Shown here: in pieces, positions 10,652 through 20,300 of the stretch
Numbering within the stretch: position 1 is the first letter of the stretch
How the letters are laid out: each line of letters starts with the position of its first letter
From: an uncultured Bacteroidia bacterium
GTDB taxonomy: Bacteria; Bacteroidota; Bacteroidia; J057; JADKCL01
Assembly: GCA_964352215.1 (NCBI GenBank)
Contig: CAYGRE010000016.1
Location: forward strand, 419 to 64,418
Direction of reading: 5' to 3'
Length of the DNA: 64,000 nt
Program-made: the position numbers and the translations under genes
The notes under the pieces: model-generated
Seen by the model: only the letters and a program-made list of their open reading frames with translations
Told to the model about the DNA's origin: nothing
The model's database searches: none

Positions 10652-12430
10652 ATGATGAAACGCTTTTCACTTTTGCCAACCCGGTACTGCCAGCTTGCTC
10701 CTTCGCTCCTTTTTCTGATTGTGACCCTCACGCTGTCTTTCGGCTCCGTGATCGCACAGACAAACGCCCAACTCTATGAGCGGGTCCACCACCCTCCCGG
10801 TGTCTATTTTTCCTATATCGAGGACATGGTTTTCGCACCCAATGGTGAATATTATGTCGTAGGTCAGACCACTGACCGAACCGCGGCAGGCGGCGTGGAT
10901 TATGCCTATATCGCGAAGCACCATGCCAACGGACAGATCGCCTGGGAGCAACAACTCCCCAATCCACCCAGCCGGGTGAGTTTTGCCAGCTCAATCGACA
11001 TTGGCGCCAATGGCAATCTCTATGTCTGCGGCCAGATGAATGGCTGCGATTACATCATCAATGAGGGTTTCGTCACCTGTATCACCCCTTCCGGGACCCA
11101 GGTCTGGCGAAATGACTACATCTCCATGAGCTTCGATACGACCTATCATTTCACAGCTCTGACGGCCCTGGACAATGGAAATGTCGCGGTAGGATTTGAC
11201 AACCGGATCCTGGTTTTAGATGCAGGCGGCACCACCCTGGGGATGGGCTACCAACCCTGCGGCAGGATATGGGGCATGGTTAAAGGTGCTCCCGACCACC
11301 TGGTCGCAGGAACCATGGATGGATTGGTCGATTTTCAGACCGTCCCACCTTATGCGACCACCCTCTCTCCCACTTCTCTATGGGTAGACGACTTGGTTTA
11401 CATACAAGGAGCATCGCTCAGCCAGGACCAGGTGTTTTTCCTCTCCAACCATCAGCTTTTCCGCACCGATTTCCAGTTTACGATTCAGGATTCACTGTCC
11501 TGGCCCCTGGCCCTGGGTGGAGCGGCCCGAGAATTGGCCCCCGGGGACAATTCAGTATGGGCAGTTGTGGCAGACAGCGTTTTTCAGATCAGCCCCACTC
11601 TGCAGACGATGAACCGCTTCCCCCTACCCGCTGGCGATGCCTTTTATCCCTACGCCTTTGACCTGCAACCCAATCCGCAGACGCAAAATCGGGAATACCT
11701 GGTATTGGCGGGAACGCATGGAAAAGGGACTTTGGTGCAGTCGATGGACCTGAATGGCAACCACAATTCCACGGGTTCAGATTTAGAATTGGTCAGCACC
11801 CGCACCGCCAATGAAGTCATCAGCAATGGCTTCAGCTACGATTTTTGGGCGACCATTGCCAACCAGGGACCGGATACGATTGACGTCTGTCGGTTCTTTG
11901 CCTTTACCCGTACTTTTGATATATGTGGCACCAATTGGATTTTCCCTGAACACTTCAATCTCAACCTCTATCCGGGGGACACTGTAGAGCTTTACCTCGG
12001 CAATATCAACGACCAAAACACCGCGCAATTGTCTCCCCAGGACTATGACATCGACCTCTGCGTTTTGGCTCCGAATAAAACTGTGGACCATGTTTCTGAG
12101 AACAACTGCCGCCCCCTGATTCTGGATGCCTTCAATGTTGGGTTGGAAGATGGACTGGAAAATATGCGGTTGGAGGTTTTTCCCATTCCCGTGGCGGATC
12201 GGATGGTAGTAGAGCTGAGAGATGTGTCTGCCGGGGCGGGGTCTGGGGTTTCCGGGTTGAATCCCTTGGGTCTTCAGGCTCTTGAGCTTCAAGTTTATGA
12301 TCTGCAGGGCAAACTGATTTACGCGGTTCCATTTGATGGTGCGCGCGAGGTGTTGGATATGAGTGCCTATCCGGCTGGGATTTATTTTGTGCGGGTGGGC
12401 AGTTGGGTGGAGAAGATTTTGAAGGATTGA
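10652..12430 (+). CDS. Secreted protein with a type-A T9SS C-terminal sorting domain; function unknown
   Basis: 592 aa. Signal peptide (LLFLIVTLTLSFGSVIAQ). C-terminal tail LEVFPIPVADRMVVEL...LQVYDLQGKLIY..MSAYPAGIYFVRV. Confidence 0.8.
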   Translation: MMKRFSLLPTRYCQLAPSLLFLIVTLTLSFGSVIAQTNAQLYERVHHPPGVYFSYIEDMVFAPNGEYYVVGQTTDRTAAGGVDYAYIAKHHANGQIAWEQQLPNPPSRVSFASSIDIGANGNLYVCGQMNGCDYIINEGFVTCITPSGTQVWRNDYISMSFDTTYHFTALTALDNGNVAVGFDNRILVLDAGGTTLGMGYQPCGRIWGMVKGAPDHLVAGTMDGLVDFQTVPPYATTLSPTSLWVDDLVYIQGASLSQDQVFFLSNHQLFRTDFQFTIQDSLSWPLALGGAARELAPGDNSVWAVVADSVFQISPTLQTMNRFPLPAGDAFYPYAFDLQPNPQTQNREYLVLAGTHGKGTLVQSMDLNGNHNSTGSDLELVSTRTANEVISNGFSYDFWATIANQGPDTIDVCRFFAFTRTFDICGTNWIFPEHFNLNLYPGDTVELYLGNINDQNTAQLSPQDYDIDLCVLAPNKTVDHVSENNCRPLILDAFNVGLEDGLENMRLEVFPIPVADRMVVELRDVSAGAGSGVSGLNPLGLQALELQVYDLQGKLIYAVPFDGAREVLDMSAYPAGIYFVRVGSWVEKILKD

Positions 12431-12628
12431 AGGGGGGAGCGAAAATAGTAATCATTTTGGCACTTAATAAACGATATTAACGTCTCGCAAAAGACAACCT
12501 GGTTCATGAATCAGCGTATCATAAATTGCTTAGGTATCGAAAATGAAAAGTATCTGAAAAGGAAATAGAAATTTATGAAACCTATATTGGCGACAAGAAC
12601 CGCAATAAATCATACAAGCAACTGATCA

Positions 12629-13252
12629 ATGGCTAAGAACCAAAAAATGACTGTCAATGATATCGAGGTTCGTGTAATGGATGTCGATGGGCAGGATTAT
12701 ATCTGCATCACAGATATGATTAAGGCAAAGGAGGGCGATTTCTTTATCGCAGATTGGCTAAGAAATAGGAATACCCTTGAATTTCTATCTACCTGGGAGA
12801 AATTGCATAACCCGGATTTTAATTATGGCGAATTCGCCACAATTACAACAAAAGCTGGCCTTAATTCATTCAAAATGAGCGTTAAGGAATGGGTTGGAAA
12901 AACAGGAGCGGTGGGTGTCGTATCTAAAGCCGGGCGATATGGGGGTACAGATGCCGTAAAAGATGTTATCATCCCTAAGTCAAAATTGCCAGAGGATAAA
13001 AAAAGCATCGAATATGCGAAGGAAGCTGACATTATCAATGTGGCCTTGTTCGGCTGTACGTCAAAGGAATGGAAGATGGCAAACCCTAAGTTAGCAATGC
13101 AAAACCTTAACATCCGTGATACTGCCACTATCAATGAGTTGGCCGTATTGTCAACGCTTGAAAGTTACAATGCCGACATGATCAGGGCTGGAAAGCCAAA
13201 AGAATGGCACCAGAGAGTGCGTCGGAATTGTCGGAATTCAATGATCAGCTGA
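12629..13252 (+). CDS. KilA-N domain protein, apparently internally deleted (possible remnant)
   Basis: 207 aa. The N-terminus (DYICITDMIKAKEG..ADWLRNRNTLEFLSTWEKLHNPDFNYGEF...SKAGRYGGT) matches the KilA-N domain as found in Bacteroidota and phage proteins. From memory, the segment that normally follows GRYGGT (~60 aa) seems absent. The local GC content is visibly lower than in the flanks. Confidence 0.65.
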   Translation: MAKNQKMTVNDIEVRVMDVDGQDYICITDMIKAKEGDFFIADWLRNRNTLEFLSTWEKLHNPDFNYGEFATITTKAGLNSFKMSVKEWVGKTGAVGVVSKAGRYGGTDAVKDVIIPKSKLPEDKKSIEYAKEADIINVALFGCTSKEWKMANPKLAMQNLNIRDTATINELAVLSTLESYNADMIRAGKPKEWHQRVRRNCRNSMIS

Positions 13253-13351
13253 AATCGGCTATGGAAGATAAATCTAAAGAGGATAAAAAGGACTAGCCTA
13301 AATAGCTTCTCTCTCGAGGAATCGAGGGGAAATAAAATCGTTAAATATGGG

Positions 13352-14356
13352 GTGCCTTTCTATCTTCGCGCTATGTCCGCGCCCGTAACCATTGCACATT
13401 TGATCAACCCCTTTCAGCCACCGGCTGGCTCTGAATGGGAGTATGTGCAGCCGATTACATTTGCTTCGATGAAAGCTGCGGTGGAAGCGGTGGAGGAAAG
13501 GGAAGGTGATACCGAAGCGGCCAGGATAGAGAAGGGGCTCGGAGCTCGGGGGGAAGACAGAGAAGCGGCCAGAATAGAGAAAGGGTTCGAAGCTCCCGGA
13601 CCTGAAGTTCCCGGACCAATCAAAGTCAGTCTTCTCACCGCGCAATTCCCGGAAGATCGAACTTATATCCCCGACTATTTTATAAAAACTCCGGACCTGG
13701 AGCGTTCTGTGCTGGATTTTCACCCGACCACAACCGCGCCCAAATACCCGCTGATTGGGGATTTGATGGCCCGGCTCTATGAAAATTCGGATGCAGAATA
13801 CCTGGTCTACACCAATATTGACATTGCGGTGCAGCCTGGATTTTATGCGTTCATTGCCGAACAAACCCGCCGGGGCCTGAAGGCATTTATCATCAACCGC
13901 CGCCGGATTCCGGACCGTTACCGCAAGGTGGAAGAGTTGCCGGAGATGTACGCCGAGGAAGGAAAGCCCCACCCTGGTTTTGACTGCTTTGTCTTTCACC
14001 GAAGCCTCTACCCTCACTTTCGCTTTGCCCATGTCTGTGTCGGGATTCCCTTTATCGGCATCCTGACGGCCCAGAATTTGTTTGCCTTTGGGGAGCCTTT
14101 TGCATTGTTCGAAGATGAACACCTGACCTTTCATATTGGGGAGGATGTGTTCAAACCGCGGCACCGGGAATTGATGCAGCACAACCGGGCAGCGTTTTGG
14201 AAAGCGATCGGGGAATTGTGGCCTCACCTGGACAACCGCAAATGGCCCTACGGGAAGCGATGGATGCCGCTGAGGTTGATCAAATGGGGATTGCATCCCA
14301 GTTTACCGATTCGGCTGGGCTTGAAGTTGGAATGGCGACGGTGGTTTGGGAAGTAA
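13352..14356 (+). CDS. Hypothetical protein; weak resemblance to GT-A-type sugar transferases
   Basis: 334 aa with a GTG start at 13352; an alternative ATG lies at 13373. Protein-like composition throughout, with a YTNIDIAV (DxD-like) segment. Contains a 48-bp internal duplication. The full-length antisense ORF 13298-14296 is judged a shadow. Confidence 0.55.
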   Translation: MPFYLRAMSAPVTIAHLINPFQPPAGSEWEYVQPITFASMKAAVEAVEEREGDTEAARIEKGLGARGEDREAARIEKGFEAPGPEVPGPIKVSLLTAQFPEDRTYIPDYFIKTPDLERSVLDFHPTTTAPKYPLIGDLMARLYENSDAEYLVYTNIDIAVQPGFYAFIAEQTRRGLKAFIINRRRIPDRYRKVEELPEMYAEEGKPHPGFDCFVFHRSLYPHFRFAHVCVGIPFIGILTAQNLFAFGEPFALFEDEHLTFHIGEDVFKPRHRELMQHNRAAFWKAIGELWPHLDNRKWPYGKRWMPLRLIKWGLHPSLPIRLGLKLEWRRWFGK

Positions 14357-14364
14357 ACCCCAGT

Positions 14365-14883
14365 TCAAAGATTCCATTTCGCAGCCCTTTTCATAAAATC
14401 TTCCTTGGTACACCTGAACTTCTGAAACCCGCTGGCAGAAACCTCCCCGTAAGGCTGGTACCCCAATTGCAAATTGAAACGGATCACTTTGTCTTCATCG
14501 GCTTTCACCTTGGCGACCAGGCTGTCCAGGCCCAACTCACCATACGCCCATTGCATCAATTTGACCACCGCCAAAGCCGGTTCCGCCTGCCCCAACCAGG
14601 CCTTTTCACCAATAAATACGCCTGCCTCCCCTTCCTTACGGTCCCAGTTAATGTCCTTGACGTGGGCCACTCCGACCGCTGCATCCTCGACCCGGATCAC
14701 GAAATAATGGTTGGTGCGCAGGTCCAGATTGCGAAACCAATTGAGGTGGGTCGCCGGGTCGATGAGTTCCTGGTATTCAAAGCGGAGGCGGACATGGTCG
14801 GCGTTGCGCCATTGACGCACTTGCTCCAGTTCGTCCGGGGTGAGGGGCTTCAGTTGAATGCTTGACTTGGATTCCTTATGCAT
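14365..14883 (-). CDS. GNAT-family N-acyltransferase (PseH-like)
   Basis: 172 aa. LKPLTPDELEQVRQWRNADHVRLRFE...HLNWF resembles PseH/FlmH-type aminosugar N-acetyltransferases. GNAT core follows (VGVAHVKDINW...GVFIGE). Confidence 0.75.
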   Translation of the reverse strand: MHKESKSSIQLKPLTPDELEQVRQWRNADHVRLRFEYQELIDPATHLNWFRNLDLRTNHYFVIRVEDAAVGVAHVKDINWDRKEGEAGVFIGEKAWLGQAEPALAVVKLMQWAYGELGLDSLVAKVKADEDKVIRFNLQLGYQPYGEVSASGFQKFRCTKEDFMKRAAKWNL

Positions 14884-15008
14884 TGGGGTGATGAATTACC
14901 TGCTGTGGACTCAGAAAGATGATTTGGGGTGCCGAAACCGGGGATATCTGACCATTCAACATAGCTACTCAATGATTTTTGACCATTCAACCCGGCCAAC
15001 CCAAAGGC

Positions 15009-15944
15009 TCAGAGAATCGCCTTGATCGCATAGGCGGGCTTCTCGAGGCGGCTCTGGTAAATTCTGGAAATGTATTCTCCCAGGATCCCCAAAGACAATA
15101 GTATCACTCCTGAAGTAAAGAAAATAGCCGATATCAGGGCCGTAAATCCTATCTGTGCGCCCACCAATACCCGTTGAATAATAAAGGCAGTACCGAGTAC
15201 AATGCTCAGCACTGAGGCGAAAAATCCGGTCAGGGTTACCAGGCGCAGGGGCAGATCGGTATAGGAAATGAACACGTTGAAGGCCATGCGGAACAGCTTG
15301 CCGGTCGAATACCCGGATTTGCCGTCGGCTCTTTTGTGGTGGGTCACCTCTACGAAGGCAAAATCCTGGGTGTACCAGGAGAAGAGTTGGTCGATAAAGA
15401 CGTGGGTATGGTTGATGCTGAGGATATCTTCGGCCAGGGTTTGGGAGATGAGGCGAAAAGAGGAGCCGGTCCCTGCTCCCTTGGTCACATACTTGTACAT
15501 TTTCTTAAATGCCTTGCTGGCCAGGTTGCGGAACAGTCCGTGGCGCTGCCGGGGATAAGTGCCGTAAACGACTTCGGCGCCGGTTTCTTTCTGGTGGGCA
15601 AGCAGGTCGGCAATCGCCTCAGGCGGGGTTTGGAGATCGTCGTCGATGGTAACGATCTGCCGGGCCCTGGCGAAGGACAAGCCACACAAGGTCGCATTGT
15701 GTTGCCCGAAATTGCGGGCGAGCCGGATGGCGGTGACCCGTTCGGGGTTTTCCTTTTTCAGACTGATCAGCACTTTCCAGGCCGATTCTGCCCCTCCATC
15801 AAAGACAAAGATCATCTCAAAGTCCAGTTCCAATTCGCTGAAGGTGCTTTCGGTGCGCCGGTACAATTCCTCCAGGGTGCCCGCGCTGTTGAAGACGGGA
15901 ACGACGACGGATACGTCCGGCATGTATGTAGGGGCTTCTTCCAC
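15009..15944 (-). CDS. Polyprenyl-phosphate glycosyltransferase, GT2 (ArnC/GtrB-like)
   Basis: 311 aa, GTG start. VSVVVPVFNSAGTLEEL..., IFVFDGGAE, DDDLQTPPE. Two C-terminal TM helices (LVTLTGFFASVLSIVLG.., FFTSGVILLSLGILGEY), the ArnC/GtrB/DPM1-like architecture. Confidence 0.85.
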   Translation of the reverse strand: MEEAPTYMPDVSVVVPVFNSAGTLEELYRRTESTFSELELDFEMIFVFDGGAESAWKVLISLKKENPERVTAIRLARNFGQHNATLCGLSFARARQIVTIDDDLQTPPEAIADLLAHQKETGAEVVYGTYPRQRHGLFRNLASKAFKKMYKYVTKGAGTGSSFRLISQTLAEDILSINHTHVFIDQLFSWYTQDFAFVEVTHHKRADGKSGYSTGKLFRMAFNVFISYTDLPLRLVTLTGFFASVLSIVLGTAFIIQRVLVGAQIGFTALISAIFFTSGVILLSLGILGEYISRIYQSRLEKPAYAIKAIL

Positions 15945-17000
15945 TCAGATTTCTATTGGGGCTAAACATTGGAGGGAGGGGATTTCCAGCAAGGCGGAAC
16001 CCCAGGCCAGGCCTACGCCAAATCCACTCAGCAGGAAGCGGTTGCCACCTTTGCGGAGGGGTTCGCGGACCTGGTCCGCCAGGGTGACGGGAATGGTCCC
16101 GCAGGAAGTATTTCCGTATTTTGAGAGGGTGTAGGGAACCTTTTCTTTGGGGATGCCGAGCTTCTTCCGAATGGATTCATTGAGGAGAAGGTTGGCCTGG
16201 TGGAATACAAAATGGTCCACTGATTCCTGGTCCTGGCCGGCAAATTCGAGGAGCTGGCGGATATTGGGGGCGACTTCGGCGAGGGCGAAGTTGAAGACGT
16301 CGAGGCCGCGCATGGCGAGGTGGGCATCGGCCCGGAAGAGGCCGTCTCCCTGGTCGCGGATCTCGGAGGTTTCCGGGGTGATGGGTTGGCGGGAGCCTCC
16401 AGCGGGCTGGATGATGGCCTGGTAACCACTGCCATCGCTCTGCAGGTTGAAGTGCATGGGGGGCGCATCCGCGTCGTGGACGAGGGCGGTGGCAGAGCCG
16501 GCGTCCGAAAAGATCGGGACGGTGCTCTTGTCCTGCGGAGACAGGGTATGGGTGATGGTATCCCCTACCAGCAACAAAGTCTTGGGAAATTTCCCGGCTG
16601 ACTGGAGGGCTCCCAGGGTGCCGAGGCCATAAATGTATCCGGCGCATCCCTGGTTGACGTCGAGGGCCAAGGCAGAATTGGGAATGCCCAGGCGTTCCTG
16701 GATCTGGGTGGCAGAGCCGGGGATCAGGTGGTCCGGGGTTTGGGTCACGAAAAGCAATGCCCCGATCTCCTCTCCTTTCCAGCCCAGTTTCTCCATCAAT
16801 TCTTCGGCAGCACGGACACAGAGATCGGCTGCGGTCACGGAAGCAGGGGCAATCCGTCGCTTGTCAATCCCGACCATTTTGATCATCTGCATACGTTCCC
16901 GGGACGAGAGCCAATCCAGATCGGAATTGCTCACTTCCTGGGTGGGCAGCGTTACTGCCAAGCCTTCCATACGTACACCGTGGAGTGAAAAACACGCCAT
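15945..17000 (-). CDS. 3-oxoacyl-ACP synthase III-like condensing enzyme (KAS III/FabH family)
   Basis: 351 aa. Cys-His-Asn triad contexts are present: NQGCAGYIYGL, FVFHQANLLLNE, YGNTSCGTIPV. Its stop codon (15945-15947) directly abuts the GTG start of the GT2 gene. Confidence 0.9.
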   Translation of the reverse strand: MACFSLHGVRMEGLAVTLPTQEVSNSDLDWLSSRERMQMIKMVGIDKRRIAPASVTAADLCVRAAEELMEKLGWKGEEIGALLFVTQTPDHLIPGSATQIQERLGIPNSALALDVNQGCAGYIYGLGTLGALQSAGKFPKTLLLVGDTITHTLSPQDKSTVPIFSDAGSATALVHDADAPPMHFNLQSDGSGYQAIIQPAGGSRQPITPETSEIRDQGDGLFRADAHLAMRGLDVFNFALAEVAPNIRQLLEFAGQDQESVDHFVFHQANLLLNESIRKKLGIPKEKVPYTLSKYGNTSCGTIPVTLADQVREPLRKGGNRFLLSGFGVGLAWGSALLEIPSLQCLAPIEI

Positions 17001-17003
17001 TGA

Positions 17004-17249
17004 TCAGGATACCTTGTGTTGAACGATATTGAACAAATCTATCACCGTGGTGGCCCCTTTTAACTCGTCGGCAGTGATCGTCACTCCGTATTCCCAGTCA
17101 AAGGAAGCAATAATGATCAGCGCTTGCATGGAGGTCCATTCTTCCAATTGCCGGAATTCCGTATCCGCTTTGAGCGTTCCCTTTTCCAGCTCTTCGAATT
17201 GTTCCTCCAATTTTTCGATGAACGTATCCAATTGCAATTCCTGCGCCAT
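17004..17249 (-). CDS. Acyl carrier protein (dedicated, non-AcpP type)
   Basis: 81 aa (MAQELQLDTFIEKLEEQFE...EEWTSMQALIIIASFDWEYG...). Acidic four-helix pattern with a candidate phosphopantetheine serine in WTSMQAL. Lies 3 nt upstream of the KAS III start. The track ORF 17004-17621 over-extends it. Confidence 0.75.
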   Translation of the reverse strand: MAQELQLDTFIEKLEEQFEELEKGTLKADTEFRQLEEWTSMQALIIIASFDWEYGVTITADELKGATTVIDLFNIVQHKVS

Positions 17250-17316
17250 ATCCAACCGTGATTTCTGTGGAGGACAATTTAGAACTTTTTTACAGAATGT
17301 AACTAACTTGAGGCGA

Positions 17317-20300
17317 ATGAACAGTACCCCAAGTATTCCTAAAATATACAAATCCTCAGCTGGTTCCGGTAAGACTTTTACGCTCGTCAAAGAGTACCTG
17401 AGTATCGTTCTGAAGCAACCGGAGGAGTACCGCAATATCCTGGCCATCACTTTTACGAACAAGGCTGCGGGCGAGATGAAGGAACGGATCATCCGCGAAT
17501 TGAAACAAATGGCCTCGGGAAAAGCTTCGCCCATGCGGGAAATGCTGAAGGAGATCACCCAACTCCCTGAGGCCACCCTTTCAGCCAATGCCCGGCGCAC
17601 CCTTTCCTTTATCCTGCACAACTACGCCAACTTTGCGGTCTCTACCATTGATGCCTTTACTTACCGCATCATCCGCAACTTTTCCCGCGACCTCGACCTG
17701 CCCAGCAAGTTTGATGTCGAGACGGATACCAAAGCGCTGACCCAACGCATGGTGGATCAGTTGATGGATTCGATCGGACGGGAGGATTATATCACCCAAA
17801 TCCTGGTGCACTTTGCCGAGGAAAAACTCAGGGACGAGAGTGGTTGGAAGATCGACGGGGACATTGTAAATGTTGCTGAGGAGCTGTTCAAGGAGGGTTC
17901 CAAGGCTCCCTTGCAAACCCTGCAAACCCTGGAGCCGGATGAATTCATTCGGTTCATTGATTTCATGAAGGTGCTGCGGGACACCTACCCGGAGAAGATG
18001 GCGGAATTTGGCTTGCGGGCCATGGAGATGATCCGCGCGGCCAACCTGGGCATCGATGATTTTAAGGGGAAATCCCGGGGGGGCGTGGCAACGGTATTCC
18101 TGAAGATCCAGACGAAACAGTCTCCGGGAGATTACGACGGGATTCTCAATGGGCGGTATTTTGCCAAGGCTGTTGAAGCTGACGAATGGACCAGCGACAA
18201 ATCAAGGGCTTCAGATATAGATGCACTCCTGGCCAATGGATTGAGGAGCTTGATCGATGAAATGATGGACTACCATGCCACACATTTCGACTCCTATATG
18301 ACGGCCTTCCATGCCTATCAGAATATCCATTCGCTGGCTGTTCTCCGCGAGATTGAGGAGTTGATGGCCGAATACAAAGAGCAGCACAACCTGGTTCATA
18401 TCTCCGAATTCCAAAACCGTATCTCCGATTTCATCCAATCCGAAGAGACCGATTATATCTTTTGGCGGCTGGGGGAACGGTTTCACCACTACCTGCTCGA
18501 TGAATTTCAGGACACTTCTATCCTGCAATGGCTGAACCTTTCGCCCCTCTTTGAAAATATCCTCGCGGGGCAACAGGAAGGCAATTTGCTCCTGGTGGGG
18601 GATTCCAAACAGGCTATTTACCGCTGGCGCGGGGGCGAAATCGACCTGATGGAGCAAATTGCCCCGGCCCAGCTGGAGGTGGAACCCCATGTTTTGGGTC
18701 AAAACTTTCGTTCTCTTGAGTATGTGGTCGATTTCAACAACCGCTTTTTTGGCGCGGTGCGTAATGTCCTCCATGCTAACGAACGGGTCCGGCAGATTTA
18801 CACTGATTTTGAGCAGGCGATTGGCCCGGGACTGGATGGCGGCGGCCTGGTCCAACTGGCCCTACTGGAAGGCAAGAACAAAAGCGAATTTCAGGAAGTG
18901 GCCCTGGACCGCACGGAGACCTTGATTCACAGCCTGATTGCACAGGGCTACCATTACCGGGACATTGCGATTCTGGTTCGTGGTAAAACTGAAGGCAGTA
19001 CGATCGCCCAATTTCTGAATGAAAAGGGGATCAGGGTTATTTCTTCGGAAGCTATTCTACTCAGTCGCGCTCCGGTGATCAATTTTATCGCTTCTCTGTT
19101 TAAATTCCTGGTTACTCCGCGGGACCGTATTGCTCAGGTGGAGGTGCTTCACTACTACTTCAGCTATCTGGAAAGTGGAGAGGTGGCCGAGTTGGAAGAA
19201 GGCAATCTGAATGCACTGGAGGACTTTTTTGAGGAAACCCAGGCGCAAACCAGGGTCAGGGAAATTCTCCAGTCTGAGAAGCCGATCACCGCCATATTTG
19301 AAGCATTGCCTGACGGTTTCAAGCGGCTTTCCTACCAGCTGGACCGTCTGCCGTTGTATGAATTGGCCGAGCAGATTTTACAAATATTTGAGCTTAAGGA
19401 ACGTTCCCAGGCCTATTTGCAGCACTTCCTCGATCTCATCCTGCAATATTCTGAACGTAGCAAGCCCGACCTGACCGGCTTTCTGGAATTTTGGGAGGAA
19501 CAAAAGGGAAAGACCAGTGTTACCGTTCCCGAAGGGGAAGATGCAGTGGAAATATTGACCATTCACAAGTCCAAGGGTTTGGAATTTCCGGTGGTCCTCC
19601 TCCCCTTTTGCAATTGGGAAATGGCCCTGCGTTCGCGGCATACGTTCTGGGCCAAAGCACGGGATGGATTTGAAGAATACCCTGATACTTACCTGATCGC
19701 TCCGAAGAAGGAACTCTCCAACAGTCGGTTCCAGGAGGACTACCAAATGGAACTGGAGCGGACCATGCTGGACCATGTGAACATGCTCTACGTTGCCTTT
19801 ACCCGTCCTCAGGAACGCTTGTACATCTATGCGCCCATCTGGGAACGGGGCAAGTCCAATGCTGATCCGGGGATCGAAAAGATCACGGATGTAGGTCGCC
19901 TGCTGAATCTGGTGATGGAGGAACCTGGCTTTGATGAAGGGGGCAATAAGATCTATGAGACGGGAATTCCTGAACCACCACGCCGGAAGGAAGATGCCTC
20001 CTTTGCAATTTCAGCCTCGGAATTCCTGAGCGAGTCCTGGCGGGACCGGATCAGGATTGAACGGCGGTTCCGTAAATTCTGGGAGAGCGGCAGTGGTGGG
20101 AAGGCGAAGAATATTCAGACCGGGACTTTGATGGCCGAGGTGTTGAGAAGATTGACCGAGGACGATGAGGTGCCTTTGGTTCTGAATGCGCTGCAGGAGG
20201 AGGGATTGGTCACCGAGACACATAAAGGTACACTGGGGAAGCTGATTGATGCGCTGATGGAAAAAGAACCTTTTAAGGAATGGTTTGCCCAGGGACGGCC

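Noticed and set aside
13298-14296. A 332-aa minus-strand ORF almost fully overlapping the 334-aa plus-strand ORF.
   Set aside because: The plus-strand product has globular-protein composition and plausible motifs. The minus-strand product is rich in Arg, Pro, Phe and Gly and looks like a typical shadow ORF.
15336-17022. Plus-strand ORFs (15336-15965, 15646-16134, 16633-17022 and others) and alternative-frame minus-strand ORFs (16028-16468, 16177-16647).
   Set aside because: They overlap the GT2 and KAS III genes, whose frames carry diagnostic catalytic motifs.
17004-17621. The track's 205-aa minus-strand ORF and the 1169-aa plus-strand ORF starting at 17029, which overlap each other.
   Set aside because: The recognisable ACP begins at the Met at 17249, and the helicase Walker A N-terminus begins at the Met at 17317. 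The extensions are mutually antisense read-through without protein-like sequence.
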